Assembly: GCA_028534125.1 (NCBI GenBank)
Contig: CM052832.1
Span: 9,736,001 to 9,800,000, forward strand
DNA from: Lama glama
Lineage: Eukaryota
Direction: 5' to 3'
Length of the DNA: 64,000 nt
Below, in pieces: positions 39,846 to 53,172 of this stretch. The position numbers and the translations under genes were made by a program. Numbering within the stretch: position 1 is the first letter of the stretch; each line of letters starts with the position of its first letter. Below the pieces are notes generated by a model. The model made no database searches. It worked only from the letters and a program-made list of their open reading frames with translations, and was not told the DNA's origin.

Positions 39846-40689
39846 TTATTTGTAAATGACACATTAAAAATATGGACCATTACTATTTTACAGAGTTGTA
39901 GGAAGCAGAAAATGAAATAATAAAAGTGGCTTTAGTAAGGAAATAGTGCTATGCAAAAGGAAACTATAGCCGAGAGCCCAACACCAGTGTTGGCAATTAA
40001 TTACCTTCTCTAGGATTATAGTCCTTCTCTAGAGGACTATGACATTTAGAATTATAGATTCATAAGGTTAAAAGTCTCTCCAAGGCTTTGGTCTAAGAGG
40101 ACTTTATCTAAAACAGTGGTTCCTAGATTTTTTTTTTGTTAATTTCATAGATCTATAAAATGCGCATACATACTCCAACCCAAACTGCCATCTGTTATCA
40201 TCACCGTAGGAGAAAGGACATTTCACACCAAGAACATTGGAGAGATGTAATGAACAACGTTTCCCAAGAACAAAACAGATAGGAGTCTTACCTGGCCAGT
40301 GAAATTATTGGTCTAAAGAGTAGTTGGGTAATGTATTAACCTGGACTGGTGGGTTTGGATCCTGTTTGGGTTAGAAGAAATTACTTTGGGGTAGAATGAA
40401 CTCCCAAATGATTGCATCAGTCATATCCGTTGGAAGCATGTTCAGGAATATACCAGTTGAACTGTAGTTTACCTTGCTTCTTAGTAAAGCTTTGAGTGTT
40501 TGCTTTGGCAGCCTAACAAGGTGCCCTTACCTCTCCAGGTTCTCTGTTTAGTTCTGATTTTCCCTATGAGACTACAAACTCTGAGGTCACAGGTCTCATT
40601 TGTGTTGAACAAATGTTTAAATGCTTTTCCTTAAAAAAAAAAAAGTTTGGGAAAAACCACATAAAATTGCCATCTTATCCAGTTATGGT

Positions 40690-41600
40690 AAAAATGTGGT
40701 AAAAAGCAAAATTACCATTTTAACCATTTGTAAGTGTACAATTCAATAGTGTTAAGTATATTCACAATGTTATGAAACAGATCTCGAGAACTTCTTAATC
40801 TTGCAGATCTAATACTCTATACCCTTTTCCCCCTCTGTCCAGCCCCTGGTAACTACCATTATACTTTCTGTTTCTGTGAATTTGACTATTTTAGGTACCT
40901 CATGTAAGTGGAATCATACAGTATTTTTCTTTTTTTGTGACTGCCATATTTCATTTGGCATAGCGTCCTTAAGATTCATCCATGTTGTAGCATGTGTCAG
41001 AATTCTTTCCTTTTTAAGGCTGAATAATATCCCATTGTATGTATACACCAGTTTGTTTATCTATTCATTCATCGATGGGGATCTCTCTGACGATTAGTGA
41101 CACTGAGCATCTTTTCATTGCTTGGTAGCCATTTGTATATCATCTCTGGAGAAATGTCTATTCAGGTCCTTCGCACATTAGATTTTAAATTAAATTAGGT
41201 TACTTGGTTTTTTAAATTAGGTTATTTGATTTTTTTGTTGTTGAGCTATAGGAGTTCTTTATATATTCTGGATATTAACCCCCTTATGAGATGCATGATT
41301 TGAAAATATTTTTTCCGATCCTGTAGGTTGCTTTTTTGCTCTGTTGATTGTGTCCTTTGATGCACAAAAGTTTTTAGTTTGATGTAGTCTTACTTCTCTA
41401 TTTTTGCTTTTGTTGCCTGTGTTTTTGGTATAATATCCAAGAAATCATTGCCAAGTCCAGTGACATGAAGATTTTCCTCTATGTTTTCTTCTAGGAATTG
41501 TATAGTTACAGGTCTTACAGTTAGGTCTTTAATCCGTTTTGAGTTAATTTTTGTATACAGTGTAAGATAAGATTAATTCCTTTGCATGTGGATATCAGTG
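40690..41600 (-). mobile_element. L1MA/MB LINE 3' portion (internally deleted)
   Basis: aagtgtacaattcaatagtg; catccatgttgtagcatg; ggagaaatgtctattcaggtcc; aagaaatcattgccaag. Confidence 0.85.
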
Positions 41601-44600
41601 TGGATATTGGCATTAAGTGTAAAACTTTAGAATTTTTTTTTTAGGAGAAACTACAAGAGAAAATCTTTCTTATCTTGAGATAAGAAAGGATTTCATAAAA
41701 TATAAATTATAAATGGTATATCACATGATTGCATTAACTGTAAATCTCGTCCATAAGAAAAGATACCTTACACAAAAGACAAGCCGCAGGCTAAGTGGAT
41801 TTTTACAACACATCTAGCAGTAGAGGCCTTGTGTCCAAAATATATAAAGAACTCCAATCATTTAATAAGGAAAAGACGAACAACCCAATCAAAAAACAGG
41901 CAAAGGTTAGTTGAACTCTTGGAATAGGTGATACCTATTATTTCGTTGCTGCCAGTGTTAGATTTCTACTGATAGTGTGGTCAAAGCAGTCTAGTTCTTA
42001 TTGGTTCTGGTAAGTTCTTATGTGAGTGGTAGGTGTGGTGGTGAGTCTATGTTTTGTCAATTCACAGAGAAGAAAACAAAATGGCCAACAGATATATGAA
42101 AAGATGTTCAACCTGAGTCTAGTAATCAGGAAAATGCAAACTAAAACAGTGAGATGCCATTTCATCAGACTGTATAAATCTAAAACTTGAACAGTGATCA
42201 GTGACACTGGGTGAAGAGCAAGGTTTGGAATCTATAGTGCGGCTCAGCCAGGTGCTAGCGGTGTCACCTTGAGAGGTTTCTTTGTCTTTCTGAGCCTCTT
42301 TATTTGTTTAAAGATACTTAAAATGGGGTTAAAAATCATCTCATCAAGTTGTCATGAAGAATAAACAATATGTATTGTTTTAGAGCAGTGCTTGCATGAA
42401 GTATGTGTTTAATAATTGTAATTGATTTAAGTGTTTATGATGCCAGTTAATTATAAAAATAACAGAAAGTATCAAGCCCCACCCAAATTTTGTCCAGATG
42501 TGTTCTGCTTGGAGAGATCCTAAACAGAGAGCCACCCTGAGCATGCCAGCCGGCCAGCTTCGCACTCCATGCCCCCCAGTGGCATTGCCTTAGTGAAGTC
42601 ATAACTAGGGTCTAGACTTTAAACGTTCAGTTTCTCAGTTGTGAGAACAAGATATATTGAGCAGCTTCTTAGGAACTGGCTTATGCAGTCAAAATAATCA
42701 GAGCAAAGATTCACTTACAGTGAGAAATCTAACTGGTAAGCACACCAATACTTGAATTTGCTGGTTACTGTATTCTCTTCCTGAACGCGAGCTACATGGA
42801 AAATCCATTTTGGTTCTCTGTGCAAGGAATCAGTGCCAAGCGAGTCTGCTGAATGGTTATAGTGACGAATGGTATCAGGCCTATATGTGAGATCACCAGG
42901 CTCATTTTTTGTATTTACGAATTGGGGGACCTCCCCTCCTCGGCTGTGTGGAAAGAGCACTGCCTAATTATTGCCCTGAGGACGCCCCCTCCCATTGCTG
43001 GCCTCTGGTCTGTGGTCACGCACAGGCTGACAGTCATTGACAGACGTATTCTTCCTGGCTCTCTGAGGTTATACCTGGCTCACACTGACTGGGCTTGGGG
43101 GTCACCAGAACTCCATAGTCACTCAGACCTCAAGATTTTGGTGTTTTTAACAGATGGATTATTGTGTCCACTACAGTTTTCTTCTTTTGAATTTCAGTCT
43201 CACAATATAAAACATTATCTGCAGTTTTGGAGACATTTTATATCATTTCCATGTATGATCACAGAGTGAATATACCTTATTACTTATACCTATTCCATGG
43301 CATCGGCACCTTAATGGGTCCTGCCCCCCTTTCCATTAAAGTCCAGGTCATATGGGGATCAGTTCTGTGAGATATTTTCTTTACTGGCAGACTCATAAGC
43401 TGGCCTCTTAGAATTAGAATTAGTAATACATTAAATGGTCCCTTAGAGGTCTGTTGATTGGTCTCTTGGAATTTGTAAATCTACTATTTTGCTTCTGCCA
43501 ATATTAGATGTCTTTTTTTTTTAACTGATAGTTCCTTTAAAGCAGTTTAGTTCTTATTAATTCTGGTACGTTCTTGTGTGAGTGATAGGTATAGTGATAA
43601 TACACATGTTTTGATAAATTGACTGTAGCCGAGTTGGATGGTTTGATGGGGACTTGACCTTTGGCTATTGACTATTAGTGGCCATGACTTAAAAATAACA
43701 AGCTGAAGTTTACTGAGATGTCAGACTCAGCACATGTTCAGAAAGGAAAAGTTTAACTTTAGAGTAGTTACCTTTCTAGTTATTCGTATGTATTCAAAGC
43801 TACACTTAATGAATCACGTACATGCCTTGTTTCATTATATCTGAGTGGTGATATGACTTGATGGGTATGGACAACATTCAGTGCAGTTACTACAGGCAGC
43901 ATGGGAAGGACGCAGGAAAAATGAATTCAATCTTCTCATGTTTTTTAGGGATCTCCCTCCCTAATATCCAATACCCCTAAAGGCTCAAGTCTTCTGCAGG
44001 GTCTCAGGCCCTGATTCATACTTTTCTTTCCCTCTTTAGTTTCTTCCTTACTGCATTTAGCTATGCAGTGTCCTGTCCCTCAGCATCCTGCTTTCAGCTT
44101 CCTGCTATGGTAAACTAATCTGCACTTAATCATTAGCAATTGAATGGCTTTATGTGTTTCCCTTACAAAATTCTATATTTACCTTTAATGAGGATGTCAG
44201 TGCCTTGATCCAAATGGTGGGACTCACCGGCAGACCAGAAGGCTGATGGCTTTAAAATAGGGGAAGAGGCGGCTGGGACTTAGGGATTTAAACTACATGA
44301 AGTTCTTTGCCTGGGTGTGCACAGGCCTTCTGTTCCCTCATGCCAGCTCACTACAGTTGAGTTCCCAGAAGTACTTCTGCTTTATTCTTATACGAGAGAT
44401 GAGGGTTCATGCACAGTTCACGTCTTTGAAATGCCTTCTATGCCTTATTTGAAAGAAGGCTCCTTTTATATTTTTGCCATGCAGCACACTCTGTTGGACC
44501 TATAAGTATTCAGTGGGCATACCCCCGCTGGAGAGTGTGAGCCAGTTTCAGTTATATGGCCAGCATTTTATGGTGCTCTGGGTTTGTTTTTTTAACATCT

Positions 44601-47354
44601 TAATAGGACTTTTACTATACTTGCGCTGTGATGCTATTAAACATGTTTTAAAGACCTAAGAGAAACAGATAATAAATAATAAAACCCTTTAATTTGTTTG
44701 GAAGGGTAGTGATTTTTCTCATTTTTAATATAAAAGTATCCTCCAATTTCTTGTTTAAGAAATTTCAGAATGAATGCCTTAAAAGATGAAACTGTCTGGA
44801 TTAAGTCAAGACCAGACACTCGGTTACTGTAAGCTGCTCAATTAGCCAGCCCGACCCTAGGCCCGGGGGAAGCAGAAGTAGCTTTTGGGGGATGAGTGAC
44901 AAGGTGGGCAAGTCAGCCAGTACTTTGTTTAGAGTCAGTCACTGTCACAGTACAGTTCCACGGCCATCTCATTTGAGTCTCCCTCAGATCGACTCTTTTA
45001 TTGCTCCCTAATTTTACAGACTTGAGAAACTGAGGCTTCTAGTATACCTCTGATACTTGGAGTGGTATGGAGGGAGGGGTCCTCCATCATCCAGCTTCAC
45101 ATCCCAAAACATACCCACACTCTCACATTCCTTCATAGGCACTGGTGAGTACTAAGAAAGAGATTTTGCTGACCAGTAAGCTGGAAGATCATTAGAAACT
45201 GTCCATAAATGAAAGGAAGATCCTGTTGAGAGTTGAAGGAATCTGCCCACAGATTTCCCTTCTATTGACAGTTTTCGGTAGTGGCCCCCCTGGGGAAGCA
45301 GAGTAGAAATTACCTTGGTACCTTGGCTGATGTGAAATTTCCAGTGATTGACCCTGACCAACTGAGGCTGTGCTCTATAGCCCCTTGCAACAAGCCAAAG
45401 AGGTCTGCACTCTGGTGGTAAGCTTGTGGAGAAGGGAGCGGGTTCCTTTTGCACTGATTGGTGCTTCTAGAATATAATCCCTTAGGTTCTCCGTATGCCA
45501 TAAATACCATTAGACTGCCTGTCCCTAAATCCTTTTTTCTAATAAAGACATAATAAACCATATATGCTCTGTGCTTATGGTCAGTCATCTTGCTGATGCC
45601 TGAATTTTTAAGATTATTGAAATAGTCTCCTCAGTGCTGTATTTGAAAATAGATAACACATGATTTTTTTTCTCCCAAAGGTATAAATGTTGATGACTGA
45701 GTTTTTTTTCCCATCTTCACGCCCAGTTTGCCACCTCACGGCATGTGGTGTTACCAGTTTCTTGTTTATCCTCTTAATTGCATGTGAGACAGAAAGAGAG
45801 AGAGAGTTTGTGCCTGTGTAGTTTTTTCAGTTTTAATGGCGTATTACATACACCATTCTACCCCTTTTCTTTTTTCATATACGTATTTTGAATTGTTGTA
45901 CACATAGGCCTGCCTCTTTAAAAAACAAAACAAAAAACTACTGGTGGTTTCAGTTATATGGCCAGTTTATAATTTATTTGGCCTGTTCTCAATTAAAGTG
46001 CCTGAGTGTTTTCTTTGTAGCCTCCAGTTTTCTCCTTTTGTGTGTATGTAACAAATACCCTTTTGTATTTAGCTTCTTCTTTTTGGATATTTGTCTTCTT
46101 TGCTCTTGAAATAAAGTGCTCATAAGTTGTGTTTCCATTCATGCAAAGTATGATGGACCTCCATCCCGACAGATGTGCTTTGGTGTATTGTTGGACAAGG
46201 CACAGGAGTAAATATACTTCTGTCATTTTAAGAAACAGGACATCAGAATGATGGGGTTTCCTTTCCTTAGAACAGCTGCTGAAATCACGAATGCTGGCAT
46301 CTAATCCTGACGATCCATTTGTAAATTCTAGTCAGATTTATTTTCTATTCACAGAAATTGTTCCTTTTTTTCCCTCTGCAGGCAGTTCCTAACGTATATG
46401 TGTGTCTTCCATACAAATGGCCATGTGTGGAAAGCCCTCTTCAGCCATGTGGGGAAAGTGGGAGGAGGGAGATTCCCAGTCTCACTGCCTGGGTCGCAGC
46501 TGGGAAAGCAGTTCTTGGCATTTCAAGTTGAAACTTTGAATTAATTTTCTCAGAATAGTGCATTTGGTGGTTAGCTTCCGTGGTGATAGCGCTAGTATTC
46601 TGGGACGGTGGCAAGGCTACATGACGGGCCCAGTAGGCCCTTTAACTGGGCCGAGTGCTGTTCGCAGCATTGCTTCTATGAGAATATGTATTCCAGATTC
46701 TCAGCTGGAATACAACCTGTCAGTCGATGTTTGTGAATATTGTACTGGATCTGTGTGGCCCAATTTTGCTTCGCCAGACATCACATGGCCTGGGAGTAAC
46801 CTTTATCTGACTGGAGTCAGACAGAAATATTTGGATTTTTTAAAACAGAATATTTTACTACTGTTGGCTGTGACTACAGTGAACCTCAGAAAGGTATAGG
46901 ATGTGCTCCTTGCCACCTGGATGATCAGAGTTAGTGAAGAAGAAGCAGAATTGCAAAAAAAAAAAATTAAGAGACTTTCTTTCCCAGTAAAGAAGGTAGC
47001 TTCGGAAAGAGAGAAAGCATTAGACTAAGCCAGTACATTTCAACAGATGACTAAAGTGACTTTGTGCCCCCAAAAGACAAAGATACTCAGGAAATTTCTG
47101 TAGGCAAAATTCTGGTGAAGTTTTTGAAAGAAGTTTTGTGGGGCTGCAAAGCTGTTGCCACCTGAGTCTAAAGGGTGTACTTGAGGCCCAGACCCAAGGA
47201 CTATGCAAGCAATCTGTGACTGACACTGCTTTGACTGGGTGTGTCGTGGCTGGTGGGGAGGTAAAATGACAGATGTCTCACAACTTGTCTAATTGGTGAA
47301 TGGTTCATATCTTAAGGTCTTCTTTTGCTATCAGAGAATATATATTGTTTGCTT

Positions 47355-48630
47355 TCTTTGTCTTTAAAATGTTTTTATGGAACTTTTCAAGCATATACAA
47401 AAATAAAGAGAATAGTTCATTAACTCCATGTGCCCATCAATCAGCTTCAACTATTATGAATGTTTTGACAATCTTGTTTCATCTCTCTTCCTGCTACATT
47501 TTCCCCCTAGAGTATTTTACAGCAAATTCCATACATCATAATATTTCACCTATAAATATTTCAGAGATGTCTCTAACATAGAAAGACTGAAAATATACAG
47601 CCACAGTACCACCATCACATCAAGCTGATAATTACTTAATGTTCCCTAATACTTAGTCTATGTTTAAATTTCTCTAGTTTTGGACCAGAGGTGGTGGAGA
47701 GGGAGGCTGGAGGAAGGATTACAAAGGGACAGGAAACTGGGGGCTGAGGGACGTGTTCTTTATTTTGGTTGTGGTGATTTCACAAGTATATTCCATACGT
47801 CAAAAGGTATCTAGTTGTACACCTTAAATATATGTAGTTCATTGTATGTCAATTCTACCTCAGTGAAACTGCTAAAAAACAGAGTGGCATAGGGTAGAGG
47901 CAAACAGTATTTTAAAGCATTTTCCCCAGTTACCTCAAAAATATCTTTTATACTTTTTTGTTCAAATCAGGATCTTGGGGGGTGGAGGGTATAGTTGAGT
48001 GGTGGAGTACACGTTAGCATGCACAAGGTCCAGGGTTCCATCCCCAGTACCTCCTTTAAAAAGTGAGTGAATGAATGAGTGAATAAATAAATAAATAAAC
48101 CTAATTACTTCCCCTCCCAAAAAACAAACAAAAGAAAGAAAAGAAAAGAAAAATCAATATCTAAATAAGAACCACACATTGCATTTGGTTGATCTGTTTC
48201 TAGGTTTCTTATAATTGATAGCAGATCCACCCACCCCCACATTTTTCCTTCATGTCATTTGTTTGTTAAAGACTCCAGATCATTGATCCTGTAGCATTTG
48301 CCACACTCTGATTTGGTGATTTGGCTAATTGCAGCCTTATGGTAGCATGTTCCTATCTCCTACATTACTTACAACGTGGTGTTAGATCCAAAGGCTTCGC
48401 TGGACGCGGGTTCAGTTCTCTTAGCAAGCATACTTTATGGATACTGCTGCTGTGAGCCTCTTGTTGCGCTGTATCAGGAAAGCATGTGATATCTGGTTGT
48501 CCTACTTTCAATGTAAAATTGATTAGCAGAGTCCAGTGCTATCAGCCTTAACCATCCATTGTAAAGTTTCCTGTCAGCTTTCACCTAGTAGTTTACGGAG
48601 CTACTGCCTAGAACCATTATTTCATTAGGG
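47355..48630 (-). mobile_element. Old L1M element interrupted by younger insertions
   Basis: ttttcaagcatatacaaaaataa... continues after the insertions as cacattgcatttggttg. Confidence 0.6.
47977..48150 (+). mobile_element. tRNA-derived SINE (Vic-1-like) with target-site duplication
   Basis: A-box-like tagttgagtgg, B-box GGTTCCATCCC 48034-48044, (TAAA)n, aacctaattac, A-rich tail; imperfect TSD at 47964-47975 and 48151-48162. Confidence 0.85.
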
Positions 48631-49140
48631 AAAAATTACTCACTTGTGTGTGTAGGTGTTTCTGTGTGATTTTTAATATATTGAGGTGTAATTTACATAC
48701 AATAAACTGCACATATTTAAAGGGCACAATTCAAGAAATTTTAACATATATATACACTTGGACATGTATACATTTTTGATGACTGTTTGGCTGCCGTAGA
48801 GAACATAACTGTTTGGAGTCATACTGCAGGGACAAACCATGATTTTGGTGGTCAGATATGTGAAGGGTAACCCTGATTCTCTCAGAGGTAGAGATAGAAT
48901 TTTTCAATGTGGCAGTGGAGTAGAAGAGGGAACCTTTAGTTTAGACCTTGCTTTAACAGTAGCTTGTCAGGGAGATCATACTTAAACAGCACAAGGTTGA
49001 GGTAGGTTGGCCCCTTTGATCTGGAAGCAGCACAAATTACTTAGCTCTGAAGCAGACCTGTTGAATCCTTACACAGCCAGCCTGGTTATCCTCCACTCTT
49101 GTCTGCTGCTTCTCTGCAGAGTCACAGGTAACATTTCTAA

Positions 49141-49165
49141 GTGTGTGTGTGTGTGTGTGTGTGTG
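49141..49165. repeat. (GT)n microsatellite
   Basis: About 12 GT units, directly visible. Confidence 0.95.
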
Positions 49166-52100
49166 CGTGTGCAAGCGCACACACTCCCAGTGTATTCACT
49201 ATTTCTCTGAATTTAATATGCTCAGTCTTCTTTGGCCACTTTGCCCCCAGCCTACTATCCTTCTGTAAAAAGAGGTTAGGTTTTAGTCACAAACCTCTTT
49301 GGCAAGAGTATTAGATTAATGAATCAAAAAGTCCTGATCCCTTGAAGGCCAGCTAGCTTAGCTTTGTTCCACAGATGGCATCTCCTTAACTCCCTGTCCG
49401 TCATCTTACAAGTCTTGATCACCAGGAGACTTGGATGAAACCGTGTGTGTAACTCAGTACATGATCATCACTGATACCAGACAAACAAGTGCAAAACATG
49501 TTCAGAAGCTTCATCCTACAAATAGCATTAATAGTAGCATACCGTGATGCAGGTATCAGAATGTGAAAATGTGGCCTGAGACAGCCTCTGCAATGAAATG
49601 GAAAGATTTTATATTCAAAACTATTTGTGGGACTCTGTGAATGTACCAAAAAGTATTGTGTGCTTTAAATGAGTGAATTTTTTGGTATGTCAACTATATC
49701 TCAATAAAGTTGTTTTTAAAAAATGTTTGTGGAAATTAAAATACATTAGTGAATAGAAATGCTACTTGACGTTCTAGGGACAGGTGAAATCACTGAGAAG
49801 AAAGTTGTGGACAGAACCTTAAGGAGAGTCTACATTTCAAGGAAGAGACACACACACGTGAAAACAGAGAAGGTATATTTACAGACGTAGGAAGAAAACC
49901 AGAAGAGAACAGTAGCCTAAAATGCAGCCGAGGGTGCATGTTCAATGACAGAGGCAGAACAGATGTGGATGGGGACTGAGAAAAGGCTGATGAACTCAGC
50001 TCTAAAGAATTTGCAAAGGCCTTTGAGCAAATAGTTTCTGTGAAATGAAGGTGTTAAGGAGCGAGTTGTGAGGAAGATGGAGCTGCACATTACTCTTGCC
50101 AGAAATAAAGGAGGTAGAAGGAGAAAGAGCCTAAAAATAGTGTCAAGGATAGTTTAGAGACAGGGCAAACTTGGGTCTGTTTTTCAGACAGGAGAGACTT
50201 GGGTATATTTGCAGCTGGAGAGGAAGGAGGTGAACAAAATGAGCAGAGACCGAAGGTACAGAGAAAGGGCTTACACTGGCTCGTACTCCAGTTAGACAAG
50301 TTGGGATTTGGCGCAGAGCACAGCATTCGTACTGTGGGTAGTCTTTGTCATCACCCTGCTCGGTGGCAAACCAGGGTTGTGTGCAGGCTGCCTAGATGAA
50401 CTCTACTCCTTGTTCACTGAAGAAAGCAGATCCTAACGCCAGTGAGAGAAACTTTATCGTGCGGACATAACCTTGAATCTGCTGTAACACGTGATTAGAC
50501 AGACTCATTCTTGAACATCAGCGCTTGATTTCTGATACCAAATGAGTGATGTCACACATCAAGAGGCTTGGGCACACCCAGCACCTCGGCACATCATCGC
50601 CTGTGGCCAACAGCTGCTGCTTAAGTGGCCTTCTCCCTCTCCAGAAACACATTTTGTTAGAGCTTCTAAACCTGTCTCAGAGAATTCAGCCTCTGCGGGA
50701 GTCTCTAACCTACAGGTTGTCCTCACCCACCCATCCCCCTACCCCCACCCACCCCACATTCATGGTAGGGAAGGGGAAAGGGCAGCAGCTGTGAGGACCT
50801 GCACCCCTTTAGCCATCTCCCCCTCTACACAGACACCAACCTTAGCCAAGGATTAACCTCACCCTTAAAAATTCATTTTTAACACGTGTTATTTGTAAAA
50901 ATGTGTTCGCTGTGTCTTCAAGCACTCTGCAGGTTTTGTGGGCCATGTGACGTAGGGTACATGTAGTAGGTTGGAGGGTTAACATACCCTGCACTGTCGC
51001 ATATGGCAGTGAGCAGAATCGCAGATGTTGACGATACCACGTAATTAGTATTCTTTTATGTAAATGAAGGCTGTCAGCATGTTACCATAGTGTCTGCTCT
51101 CTCTGAAGCTGGAATTTATGCCACTTGGTCTCACCAAGACCAGACAGGATTATTTCACTATCCTTAGTTAAGAACTGAGAAGAAATCAATACAATAAGAG
51201 GGAAGAAGTGGAAATCTCCCCCAAGTAGATTTTTCTAAATTTTTCTTATTTTTGTTTTTTTATTTTCCCCCCAGAAATTTTATTTCTGGTGATGCCGTTA
51301 CACATTTAAGATATGCTAAGAAATTTGCTATTTGAGAATTATTGGAATAGTCCAATTAAAAGATCATATTTTCAAGTTATAGAGTTTTGAAAGGTTTTGT
51401 AGTATTCAGTTATCTCTCTTATACAGAGACTTTTAAAGTATGGTGTGATAAAGCTAGAAGTTTCTCATCAGAACAAAAGGCAAACATTGAAAAGATTTCA
51501 TTACTTTCTTTTACTATTTGATGATATTAACTATAGTAGAATGCTTTTAAATATTGATTATGGTTTTTAGCTTCAGTTGATTCAGATTTTTAAAATAAAA
51601 CTATGACACTTAAAGAAGCAAAAGCTAATGTTTTGTCAGGTTTGCTTTCCCTGTGTGCAGATTGATCCAGGGTGTGCAGGACATTGACTTACAGTTATTA
51701 TCTCCTTAATGATGGAGAACTGTTAGGGCACATCATGTTCGTTCCCAGTTACACTGCAAGTCTGTCTCTTTTGGATACTGAGTGCCTGTCACACTGGATG
51801 ATATATGTTTTAAGTGGAAATGTTAGGATTTTTGTGACCTGTGGAGATTATGAAGGAAAAGATGTCCATGTCAGAAAAATGTAAAATAGATTTCCTCTGT
51901 ATGCGTGTGGATGTTAGGCCTTGTTGTTAAATAAAGTGGTCAGAGGGTGTATGAGAGGTGGGTGAAACATGCAGTCTTTCTTGAACTGAGTATACCCAAG
52001 ATTCTGTTCTCTTTATTCTCTATTTTCTGTGTTGGCTTTTCTGTCACTTTTGAGTGATTTCCGTTTCACAATCAGATGTGGTTTTCCCCTAGAGAAGCTA

Positions 52101-52694
52101 GCCTGCCTAGGTTAAATCAGTGTGGTGAGGTGCAGAGTAGCCCTGTGTTTTCCTGAATGGATTTAGTCTGCCATATGGCAGGTTAGTGAGTTGCTGCGAC
52201 AGATTTGTAATGGGTAAAGGGCTTGTAGGAAAGGATGTGCGTGATCAGCAGATTTATAGATCAGAAAATGAAATCAGAAGAAAGAATTTCCAGAGTGCCC
52301 TTTCCATTTGACAGCTCTCCATGGAGAGGGTATGGAATGGTTTTTTAGTGTTTTTCTATTTTGGCTTTGGTTGTTCCAGCATATTTTTTCTGACACACGA
52401 GTTGATTTCATAAGGCATCAGTGTTCTGGGTGTTGTGGTGTTGTCCTCCTGTTCACAGAAATACTCTCTCTTTGTAGGATTTGAAGCTGTGCTGTGTTTC
52501 ATGTGATAAGATCTCAGTAGCAATTAAATTCCTGAAGACACATCAAGGCTCCTGTGGGGCTAAAATGGGGATTTGTCAGGTTTTGAGTTATAAGAGGCTA
52601 TTCAGACATGATTCAGCAAGTACTTAATCTTTCAAAAGAAAGAAAACAAAAAGAAAGGCTGTAGTGAGCTAAAGATAGTATGCCCTGATGTATT

Positions 52695-52900
52695 TAAAAG
52701 TCTGTGCTAATACTGCAGCCACTAGTCACATGTGGCTATTTAAATTAAAATTAAATAAAATTAAAAGTTCAGCCCCTCAGTCTCACCAGCCACATTTCAA
52801 GTAATCAGTAGGCACATGTGGTAGTTTGTGCAGTATTCAACAATGCAGATAAAAGAATGTTTCCATCATTGCAGGAAGTTCTACTGGACAATGTTGGTCT
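52695..52900. mobile_element. MER3-like hAT relic
   Basis: agccactagtcacatgtggctatttaaattaaaatt...agccacatttcaagt...ttccatcattgcaggaagttctactggaca. Confidence 0.8.
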
Positions 52901-52983
52901 AAGTGAAAGATCTTGAGAAATAAACTTCTTCTTTTGATTTCTATGAGGAGTTCTTCATCCCTATATAACTTACTGGATTAATA

Positions 52984-53172
52984 CAGCAATTCTAAGGTTT
53001 TAATATACAAATGAATCATCTGTAGAGCTTGTTTAAAATGGAGATTTTAGACCCCTCCCCAGAGTCAGATTCGTCAGGTTTGGGGTCATAACTAGAAACC
53101 TGTACATATGACAGGTATCCTGTGGAATTCTGATGCTGGTAGGTGGTTCAGAAACTACATTTTGAAAAATAT
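52984..53172. mobile_element. MER5-like hAT relic
   Basis: gaatcatctgtagagcttgtttaaaatg...ttctgatgctgg...ctacattttgaaaa. Confidence 0.65.

Noticed and set aside
47977..48050. tRNA gene
   Set aside because: A/B boxes are degenerate and followed by a SINE body, A-tail and TSD.
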